Source of the DNA: Paecilomyces variotii
Taxonomy: Eukaryota
Length of the DNA: 54,236 bases
Assembly: GCA_004022145.1 (NCBI GenBank)
Contig: RCNU01000023.1
Direction: 5' to 3' (one strand)
The position numbers were made by a program, and so were the translations under genes. Below, in pieces: positions 39,812 to 50,295 of this stretch (its first letter is position 1; each line of letters starts with the position of its first letter). The notes beneath the pieces are model-generated. The model was not told where the DNA came from and made no database searches. It was given only the letters and a program-made list of their open reading frames with translations.

Positions 39812-40808
39812 CTAGGTGAAGATGATACCACCATCCACGACCATGGTCTGTCCGGTCACATAGTCTGAATCTTTACTGGCAAGGTAACCTCCTACGAGAC
39901 CGGACACGTCCTCGGGCGTGCCTGTCCTGCCTAATGAAATCAGATTCTCCGTCTGCTTAAAAGTGGCCCCTTTCGGTTTTCCAGTCAGCTGTCCCATCGC
40001 ATCGTCGATTTGCTCCCACATTGCCGTTCCAATAACGCCGGGCGCGTAAGCGTTCACAGTGATCTTGTGCGGTGCCATTTCCATGGCCATCGCCTGCGTC
40101 AGACCTCGAACCGCCCACTTGCTGGCTGAATAGATTCCCAGAGTGGCCCAGGCTTTGCATGCCACAACCGAGGCCGCACCCACGATCTTGTACACATTTA
40201 CGCCAGCGGCTGACTGGGGATCTCCCTGCGCAATCATCTGCTTGGCAGCGAGTTTGTAACAAATGAATAATCCTTTGACATTGACATTGAACACCTCGTC
40301 CACGTCCTCCTCGGTGACATTGAGCAGCGGTTTGATCTGCGCGACCCCAGCATTAGCAACCATCAGTGTCAATGGCCCCAGCTGGGCAACCGTCTCCTTG
40401 ATCATGGCCTCAACCTCTGCCGAGGAAGTGACATTGGCCGCGATACCAATTGCGCGCGGACGGGCTGGGGCATCTGGCGAGGTGTGTTTGGAATTGATCT
40501 CAGCGACGAGCGCATCGATTTCGGCTGTGGACGAAGCAACATCGCTTATACAGACAGAGTAACCCGCCTCGATGAGGCGAAGGACGATAGCCTTGCCACT
40601 GGGAGTGTCGTCAGCAAGATACATTGAACTTTGGTCCTAGTTTCAGATCTGGATTCAACAAAGACTGTGCAGAGATGCAGCAGCGATCGTCTCAGCCAAG
40701 CAATATTGGTGCCACAGTTCCTATAATCAAAAAGCGATGTACTCACATCCCGCGAGCAGCGCCCGTTACAATGGCAGTTAGGCGAGGAATAGATGCCGGG
40801 CTTGCCAT
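39812..40808 (-). CDS. SDR, acetoin/diacetyl (butanediol dehydrogenase)-like, 2 exons
   Basis: MASPASIPRLTAIVTGAARGI|GKAIVLRL; MVANAG; YSASKWAVRGLTQ; VNAYAPG; YVTGQTMVVDGG. Confidence 0.9.
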
Positions 40809-41588
40809 TATTTATTTAGATACCGTTCAGGAGTCGGGGTTCTGATATCGAGAGCTAGTTGGTATCCCGAACAATCTCGATCAGTAAATTATGCAGTTCG
40901 ACTATAGCATACATATCATGTGGAGCCAGTAAAGAATCACTCTTCATGGTACTCAACCAAAGTGAGTGGCATTGCGAAATATAAAGTCTACAAAGCATCG
41001 TTCTCGGAGAAGTCCCCTCAAAAACTGGCCGTGTGATCTCCGCAACATGCCTATCCTCGGGTCCGTGGGCTTCCTTGCTCAATGCTGATGCGATACCTAA
41101 TTGGTCAGTAACTGGGCTAAGTGGCTATAGTTACAGGCATTTCGGGAAATCTGAATGCGAACGGAGGAACAACCACTTGTTCTAGATCCATAGCTTGTAT
41201 TGCCCGCATGACATGGATATGCCATCTAGTCTACCCCGCATCTTCTCTTGACCTTTCTGATGTTTTCGGCACAGCAACCGATAGTCCCGCGCGGGGTGGT
41301 TATCTAACTTCTGCGAGGTTTTTCATCTGGCACGATCGGTCTGGTCTGTTCACGGATGTTTCCGCGTAGTTAGCCGTGTTGATGAAAGTGGTAAAGGAAC
41401 AGGATAACGATTGATCATTCAGATGGATAAGACAGTAATGACTGGAAAATTCATTATATGACATATTTCAACGGCAGACAGTGACAACTAACAGAAATCC
41501 AACCTGGAGCATTGATGTTGCCCCGTATATGGTGTTATACATCTCCTAGGGCATCAATATTCGACAAACCTGACAATAATCATTCAGA

Positions 41589-42997
41589 TCAAGCAAAAGG
41601 ACACTGCCCTCTTCTCTCTCTAGCAAGGACACTCTTGATCTCAACCATCTTTGCATCCCCTTTGCCTTCAAAATATCTCGGGCCGACTTCTGATGTCCTA
41701 TAACCTCGTGGATAGTACCGATCGCCATCATCTCCTGGAAGAGGCAATCCCATAACCCTCCTCACCCATGCCGCAGGACCCCATCGATTCCATATAGTTG
41801 GCTTCACGTAATAAGGGACAATATCCCAGTATTGGAAGAAGTTCCGACCATTTTCATCGGGATTCTCAGTGAACACGTCGTAACGAAGAAAGTACGGTCG
41901 TGGGGGAGATAAATAACGAATGAAGTATTTTCGAGCGAGGAGTGATACGGAAAAGATCTTGCTTAGAAACCGAGGTGGAGGATCGTACCTGAGCACGTTG
42001 AGTATATCTTTCTTAGCATAAACTGGCAGAGAGAAGAATGACCACATACATCATAGCCCCTCTCAATCTCTCATCCATCATGAAGGAGACGAAGTAGATC
42101 CCGAGAGGTTTTAGGAAATCCGGTAAGACATAAACAAGAATATCTGTCGTCCTATCCGCAACGTCCTTATTGGCTTGATGGGGCTTCATCTTCTCACGCT
42201 CATATTCATGGCTCCACGCCTTAATCTCCTCAAGCCAATGCAAACCATCTCGGAATCCAGACCGTTTCGTCCCAGAAGGAAGAGAATCATAGCCGATTCC
42301 AAGCGCATCGCCTAGACTTTTCCAGTACGTGCCAATAGCGCATCTTTCTAGATCGGTTAGATCGCGCCACTCGTAAGTTTCAACGAACCTGATCGGCTCG
42401 AGAGCGAAGAGACTTAATGTGTAGAGCATGTCATCGTCTAGGATCCGCCCGGTCGAGCGATATCCTGTGTGGAGATAGTTTGTTCGTGCGATGGCAGCGT
42501 GAGCACGCTCAGAAGATGGCTCAAAGGCAACGAATTCCCCGATTAGGAGACTGGTGTCGGCGTATCGTTTGAATGCAGTAGCGGTATCGGATAGTTGCAT
42601 CGTCTTCACCAGAAGGGATGATATGGAAGGAATACCATACGTCTATACGATGATATATCTTAGCTCAGGCCAATGTTAATGGTTGAGAGGATGATAGCTT
42701 GCTTACCCGAAAGAGCGCGAAATGAAGAGACTTAAGCGCCATGAAAGGGAACTCGAGCTGAAAGATAAGTTTTTGAATCTCCCATGCCTCGCGATCAGTC
42801 ATTTTGTAAAATGTGCCGCGTCGGAGGTGCGAATATTTCTTCTGCAGATACTGCAATCTACGGTAGCGAAGGCTCGCCACAAGCCCAATGTATACAGCCG
42901 TGCATAACAGGATGTAAACCATAGAGTTGCTAGAATCGAACACCTTCAACTGCAGAACATAAGCGGAGATTCGATCCAGGTTAATGATTCGAGACAT
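41589..42997 (-). CDS. ER-bound oxygenase MpaB/DUF2236 family protein, 3 exons (start codon uncertain)
   Basis: N-terminal TM then LRYRR; LEFPF...FALFR|TYGIPSISSLLVKT; KRYADT; AIARTNYLH; DDMLYTLSLF; PYYVKPTIWNRWGP; C-terminal CPF. Confidence 0.85.
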
Positions 42998-43952
42998 TTT
43001 GGTCACTCTTAGATAATGTTTTGAGAAAATAGTTATGTATTGTTCGAATATGTAAGCGAGCAAGGATATAGATACTATTCGCTCCTAATACCGCAACCCG
43101 GTGTCCTACGCATCACGGATAGACTCGTACTTTATAGATTCTTGCTGATATTATAATTTATGAGTATTATGCTGTGTAATTGCTTTGCCAAACCATCAGA
43201 CTATCCGGAAAGACCAACAAGCTGGGTGAATATGCGGGGATCTTGTATAGATAGCGCCGACGGACCGAGGAAGGGGTCTGCGACTGAACGTCGACCAGGT
43301 AAATCATAACACCATCGGATAGGCAGCTGCGATATCCGTTTATCTAGGACCAAGCGGAGGTGAAGAAAGACGTTAGTTTTCGAGACCAAAAGGTTGGAGA
43401 GCAGCAATTAAGATCGCGCAGACACTAATTGGCCGAGGCGTCTATTCACATGTTGCCGCGGTGAGGTCGATCGCGAAGATCGAGAAGATCCAACAGACCA
43501 GAGGGTTCGGATGGGAAGATACCGTATCGTATGATAGCAGAAGATCAGGGTTGATGTTGAACAAGAAAAAGATGTATGAGTGATGCCCTTTGTGCATAGT
43601 TTGGACGTTACCGAGGATGGCTAATCCATGCTTGTTTCCCCGGAATGCGGAGTAGTTGACTGTTTGGAGTGCTAAAATGCGCTTAACTATGTATATTCAT
43701 ATCACGAAATAACATAGGCCCTGTTCTGTCTTCATGTAAAAGTGGCATCCCATAATCCCGATACTTCCTGCGTGATACTGGTTTCATTTCGTACACGTGG
43801 TTTAGGCCGTCTATCCAAGGTCCAGCAAGAGTTATATACGTTCTTATTACAGAATCTCTTTTGTTTATATATATGAGGGTAGCTGTGTATTATTTGAGAT
43901 CCCAGCCTGGTCTCATTCTCCTCGTCCAACATTTTTCTTGGAGCGCCTTAAA

Positions 43953-44655
43953 ATGACGAAATCTCGAGAAATACGCCCTCTGAGATGGATTCGAAGGGCA
44001 CCAGGGGCATGTCGCAGATGCCGCAAGAGGAAGATCAGATGCGACGCATCGATCCATGGGCAGCCATGCAGCAACTGCCGACTAGATGGTCGAGATGACT
44101 GCGAGATTTATGTTAAGAACATCAGACGGTAATCTATGCATACTGCGATAAGCTTCAATCTCAATCTCTGTTAGAGTATTTCCGACTGACCTTGTCTTCA
44201 TAAGTAGATTTAGACCTTCTGCCCGCTGTCCGTGGCCTCATCCAGAGAGTGCGCAATACCATGATCGTGATGTTCCATCAACAGCATCGGAGAATCCGCT
44301 GAGGTGGCACATAAGCTTTCCTCATATATACCAGATGGAGGCTACACGAGCAGAAAAGGATCGGGGAAATGAAGACAACCGTAACATTTTCGGTTTAGAG
44401 CCTATGGTGCTATTAAATCCTGATCTTTTCGATTCTGAGGATAGAAACAGAAGTGAGAAAAATATGCCGGACACTCGACACATGGGTATACATGATTTAA
44501 TTGGAATTGAGGAGAGATCTAACGCTGCTGCTGGTCAAGAACCAAACTCGCCATCGACAATGCGTCATACGCTCAATGGGCAGACCAAGCACCATGATGC
44601 AGTCACATCGTCCGTGAACCTTGACTTTTTGGACATCAAACATTTATCACGCTGA
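43953..44655 (+). pseudogene. Zn(II)2Cys6 transcription factor, apparently truncated (no fungal TF middle domain)
   Basis: ACRRCRKRKIRCDASIHGQPCSNCRLDGRDDC. One intron (~44129-44207). The frame then stays open to TGA 44653-44655 after LDFLDIKHLSR, with no continuation seen. Confidence 0.6.
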
Positions 44656-45409
44656 CAAGATGCGTACATTCCGGCTTTATTATCCATTAGTATCGTGACG
44701 AGGCCAGATAAGGCTGATCCGTCTAGTAATAGTAACGTCGTATAGCGTCAGAGATATTTTCCGCATGCGGAACGTTCCCAGCGGACATTGATATCATTTA
44801 CGGGGACAGTTAATATTGTATAAACGGTATCTCAATGATGGATTGCTTCACACAGGTGGACACTACTTATAAAGTTCCCTGAATTTTCGAGTCGTCTCTA
44901 GAAAGTTTGGATCTTTCAGTGGGTAGGCAGCTGTGCCTGCGCCACATTCTGATAGTTTCCCATGCGAGATAGTAGTGTTGTGCGCTTTAGATAGTGCTGG
45001 TCGAGATTAGAGTACTTAGTATTCTTTGTCTTCATCATGGATATCTTGTAGAGAGGATATGAGCAAGTAGAGACCTTGACTTCGCCGACCTTTTTCGAAA
45101 GGCCGAGATGGACCCCACCACATCCGCCGTGAACGCCGATCCCCAAGATATTTCTGGAGACAAACCAGGTTCATTTTCTAGTTCCCTCGAGGACCGTATA
45201 AACACTGCCCTATTTCAACACCACAAAGGAAGAAGACAGTGACAGCGCGGTCGAGTACATTGCCCAGGTGGGAAACATCTTGTCGCAAAAGCCTCTTCAC
45301 ATTGTAACAGTTTGGTCCTTTCCCAATCTCCGCCATCTCCGTTTCCGAATATCAGACATCCCGGCGAGTCTGTATTGAGTCAGGTTATCTAAAGACTTCT
45401 ATAACTTCC

Positions 45410-46423
45410 ATGAGCTCAATTCCACAACCTCCTGGACGTCTGATCTCTCATTTCGCTAATAGGTGGACACACAATGCAACGCCCTGCTAATCTCACATCA
45501 ACATATCACCGCTGACACTATATCGAAAAGATCTCGAGAGACTCAAAGTACCGGATGGTCAGAACTATGGGAGACAAACCAGAGCGATCTCTGGGATCGT
45601 GGGAAACCATCGCCGGCATTGATTGATTTCATCGAAAGCCGACCAGCGGTCTTGCCTAAACCCGAGAATGGTCGTCGTTTAAAAGCGCTCGTGCCTGTAT
45701 GCTTTTCATCTCTATTGGGGCTTGTGCGTGATAGACTGGTACTCATTTTCGAATAGGGCTGCGGAAGAGGCTACGACGTAGTCGCGTTGACCCTGCATGG
45801 TTTCGATACATACGGTCTTGAAGTGTCGAACAAGGCCGTCGAGACGGCTAGAGAATATGCAAAATCAGAACTAGCTAAGCCTATCCAGCACAACTACGGC
45901 GAAAGGTCCAGCGAGTGGCCCTTGGAACACGCAGGAAAAGCAGAATTCGTCCAGGGCGACTTCTTCCAGAGGGATTGGGAAGCTGCTTGTGCTTCGGATG
46001 GCGTCAGGGGGTTTGATTTAATCTACGACTATACTGTAAGCATCCACTGATTATGCTGTAGCCATCCAGGCTTAGAGTTGACTTCTTTGGCTTGAGTTTC
46101 TCTGTGCGCTTCTACCTGAAATGCGAAAAGACTGGGCCCGTCGCATGCGCGAGCTTCTCGCACCTGGTGGTATTCTAGTCTGTCTGGAGTTCCCACTATA
46201 TAAGGATCTCAAAGCTCAAGGGCCACCGTGGGGTCTGAGGGGTGTGTACTGGGATCTCCTCGCAGTGGGGAATGATGGCATCCTGAATGAACCCAGCGAA
46301 GAAACAGATGGTGCTCAAGGACCATTTGAGCGAGTTCTATACTTTAAACCAGCTCGGTCATACGACAGTGGAAGAGGGACTGATATGGTGAGTGTCTGGC
46401 GTGCGAGGGCTCAGCAGATCTGA
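45410..46423 (+). CDS. SAM-dependent thiol/halide methyltransferase (TPMT-like), 4 exons
   Basis: WSELW...LWDRGKPSPAL; KALVP|GCGRGYDV; GDFF; FDLIYDYT|FLCALLPEMR; LVCLEFPLYKD...GPPWGL. Confidence 0.9.
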
Positions 46424-46713
46424 AGCTGTGATCAAAAACATGCAGTGTATACAGAGTATGCATCTTCAATCTAGAAAAGAAAGCCCAGATCAGACAAAAA
46501 GCCTACTTCACGACAAGCACGCATGGAAATTAATTAAACCAGCATGGCGCTTTGGCCCCAACTAACCTAAGTAGCGTGGGACAAAAGATGCGACGAGGTG
46601 AGGGGGTAAAAACGCCCCTAAGGTCTATATTTTGGGCTGCTTAGCGGGGGCAGATTTTAAAGTAGGATTTAGTGGTCCCTATAAGACCTGCAAATTCCTT
46701 CGGGTTAATTGAT

Positions 46714-46948
46714 TGTAGGCGAGTTAGTAAGTTAGCGCCTTATCTCTGCTAGAGAGGGATTGGACCCCAGGGATTAGGGGCCGAACACTCACTGCGCTGA
46801 GCGTTAGAACACAAAACTAAGTGTTCGGGGATTGAACCTGCCGTGATACTAGTCAAATTCTCCATGGGAGGATCATAGATTTCTAATGCTAGCGGTGCGC
46901 ATGTCCATTATCAGCCGCAAACGCCTCTATACTAATTTAGTGCTTACA
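46714..46948. mobile_element. Possible solo LTR or small repeat element
   Basis: Termini TGTAGGC...GCTTACA (inverted, one C>T). Internal 9-bp inverted repeat CCGAACACT/AGTGTTCGG. Abuts the Fot1 TIR. No target-site duplication found. Confidence 0.35.
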
Positions 46949-46954
46949 ACATTA

Positions 46955-48163
46955 CCGTGTTTAGTCATCTGCCGACCGTTTCTACCTGCCGACTGTTTTT
47001 TACTATAGGACGCCGAATTATTAAATCTACTAGATTTCAACGATAACATATTCAAATTAATTAATATTTAGAGGGTTTAATCTAGGCAATTAATAAATTA
47101 TATTAGACTAGTTTTTAGGATCCCTAAATCGCTCGGGCAGTTATATCTACTATCCTCAACTAGTTACTGCTAAGGGGCCTATTTTAGCTTTAATCATCTA
47201 TTTAATAATATTTTCTTCCAATATCTATTATTTTATAGGTTTAGATCTCTTCTTTAAGCTCTAATTAGCCTATTTTAATTCCTTTTAAAGCTAAATAACT
47301 GCCTATTTTACTATTTTTTTTTCTTCTTTAAAGTATTATTTTTCTTCCTATATTTATAGGCGAGCTAAATAGTCTGCTTTTTAGATTTTATACTTTTCTT
47401 AAATAATATATTATTTCTCTTTTTACTGCCGCTGCTATTAAAATTAAAACTCTTATTTTTAGTATTATAATTATTATTTAGCTTTCTCCTTATCTGCTAA
47501 AATCTACTATACCTCTTAAACCTTAATTAGATTAAAGAAAATAATATTATTATTTTTTAGTTGGCAGAGAAAAAGCTATAAAATTCTAGCAGGCTATTAT
47601 TTTACCTGCTTATTAAGAATAATATATTATAGACTAATATTTTATTACTAGAGGAGTATATTTTTAATATATAAGTTTATTATAGTATTTATAAGCTTTA
47701 ATACCTTCTTATTATATATATTATTTAAAACTTCTTATAGAAGCTTTTTAATCTTTTATTAGTTACTTATAGATAATATTAACTAACTTAATTCGCTTAA
47801 AAAAGGCCTTTCTTTAAGTTTTTTTTTAAAATACTTAAGAATAACCTATAAATTAAATAGGTATAGACTAGTTACTGCCTATCTATTATTAATATTTTTT
47901 ACTATAAAAGTAGTGTCTCAGCTAAGAAAAAAGAGATTAAAGAAATCCCTCTTTTTAAAATAGCTAAATCTTAGGTATTTATTTAGCTAAATATCTAAAT
48001 AAGTATTATAGGCTTTAGCTAATAGGCTAAATAGAGAAATATTAAGCAATTATAATATATATATAGAATAAGGCAGAAATAATAATAATAGAATTCTATT
48101 ATAATCGCAATAATTAATAAAGTATTTTATAATATAAGAATTATAGCTATTAAAGATTAATAG
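46955..48163 (-). mobile_element. RIP-inactivated Fot1/pogo (Tc1-mariner superfamily) DNA transposon, 3' half with TIR
   Basis: TA followed by a 44-bp TIR (46955-46998) with two 17-bp-period CTGCCGAC(C/T)GTTT repeats. The minus strand near 48163-47990 reverts with transitions only to LLIFDGHxSH...FIDYC...ILLLxFPPHSTHTLQPLDVSLFGPLAKAY (DDE_1). C-terminus TSRGRQIxLPERFRDPxN* ends at 47108. Confidence 0.88.
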
Positions 48164-50295
48164 TATTATAGGAAGATATATTAAGACTTAGTATAAAGTC
48201 TTTAAGCGAGTAGGTATTAAGAAAGAAGAGAAGAGTATTTAGCTTCGGAGCTTAAAATAGAGCTAGAGAAGAAGCTTTAGCTATAGATTAATATAGTAAA
48301 CTAATAATAATCTAATATTAAACTAATACTAAATAATAATAGAAAGAAAAAGCTAATTATTTTATTCTAAATAACTAAAAGGTATTATCTCTTTTTTTTT
48401 ACTTTATTTATAGACTTTTTAAAGACTTTAAATAAAAATATATAATCTCTTAACTAATTATATTCTTTATACTAATTCTCCTTATTATATAGCCTCCCTT
48501 CCTTTAAGAGTAAATGCCCTTATTTATCTTCTTTAATTATTATAATTTATACTATTTTTTCTTTCTAATATTATAAATTATTTTTAAAGTAAAAATACTC
48601 TAATTTTTAGTATTATATATATCTTAAAATCCTTAATTTATAAAGCTAAGTTCCTTTCTTTTATAAATAATCTTAAATTAATAATATATCTTACTTTAAT
48701 ATAAAATATAGCTTTATTTTAACTTTTAAATAATCTTAGTTCAGCTAATTAAATATTATTCTGCTTATAGTTATAACTTTATTTACTTAAATATTAAAAG
48801 GCCTAAATCCTCTTTAATTAAATCTTATCTTATCTTACTCCCTATAATTAAAATAATAAATATTATTAAAATTTATTTTTTAATTCTTTAATACTAGCTA
48901 ATATAAATTATTAATAAAGATTACTTCTCCCTGCCTAAGTATAATATTTCTTAAACCTATAATTTCCTCAGACTTATCTCTAATAATTAGTCTAATTTTT
49001 AGAATTATAAAACTTTAATTTATTCCTCTCTTAGGAATAATAATCTCTATATTTAATATTCTTAGCTTATATCCCCTAAGATATTAAACCTATAGCCTAT
49101 ATTTATTATAACTATATAATGCTAATTAGATTAAATAGATTTAAATATCTTATATAATAACTTTCTAGAGAATACTTTTAAATAAGTTTTTAAACCTTAT
49201 TATTCTTTTATCCTTCTTCTTATAATAAAGGGCTATTTTTACTTCTATAATAATATATTATAATATCCCTTTTATTAATTTCCTTTTAAAGGATATAATT
49301 TAAAAAACCCTATTTATTTTTTAATAGTTAAAATCCTCCCTTATTATAATACTTAATTAGATATATTAGTCCTATATCTTATTTAAGGTAAAGTCTTCTT
49401 TACTTAAATTAAAATATTTTTTATCCTTATATTTAAATTTAAGATATTCTTTAGCCTTATATAAATTATCTCAGACTTTATAATATAAATTACTTAGTAT
49501 ATTACTAGAAATATCTATATTAATTAACCTAAGATCTTTAAACAGTTAAACTATCTCTAATATTAGAGATTTCTTAAAAAAAAAGTCTTTAAATAAGAAT
49601 TTTTTAACTTCTATATTATTTTTATCTTCTATATTTTTAAGACTTCCTAAAATAGGACTCTTTATTCTTTCTTTAACTTAGCTATTATTAAGTATATTTA
49701 ATATCTACTTAGCCTCTATATTATCTTTAAATTATATAATTCTAATATTTTATATATCTTTTAAATGCCTAATTTTTTTTTTAATAAAGGGGTCTTCTAG
49801 GTTTATTATAGAAAAGGAGGGCTTTATATTAATTTTTAAGGCTTTACTAAAAGATTCTATTACCTATTTATCTCTAGAAATTTTATTTATAGACTATTTA
49901 GTTTCTTTAAATAAATTTTTATAAAGATAGATTATTATTTTAAATAATTCTTTCTTCTACTACTTTATTATTACTAGCTTTATATTTTTTATTATTTTTA
50001 ATACTCTTCTAGCTTCTTTTATAAATATATTCTCCCTTATATTAATTATATTAGCTAATAATTATATATAAGGCTTATAGATTAAGTTAATCTTCCTAGA
50101 ATTAATCTATTATAAGACTTCTCTAATCTCCTTAATGCTTATATTTAGTCTATTTAGCTAAAACTATACTTTAATTTCCCCCTTATCCAGGCAGTAATAA
50201 TCCTCAAGGTTAATATTAAGTTTTTATCCTTATTAAAACTATTTCTAGTAGTCTATACTAGTATTCTAAAATTCAAGGTTATTATTATTATCTAT
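48164..50295 (-). mobile_element. RIP-mutated LTR element copy 1: 3' LTR (48164-48489), PPT and 1.8 kb internal region
   Basis: Starts TATTATAGG (= TGTTGTAGG with G>A). The 326-bp LTR ends CCTTATTATA (ancestral CCCTACTACA), followed by the pyrimidine tract TAGCCTCCCTTCC (reverse PPT). Colinear with 50296 onward. Confidence 0.75.

Noticed and set aside
46529..46713. Imperfect inverted repeat ATTAATTAAACC...GGGTTAATTGAT as a MITE
   Set aside because: Only 10/12 in AT-rich words, does not extend, and no TSD.
46780..46870. tRNA gene or telomerase RNA suggested by GGTTCAATCCC and a hairpin
   Set aside because: The T-stem does not pair, and there is no cloverleaf, A-box or TAACCCTAA template.
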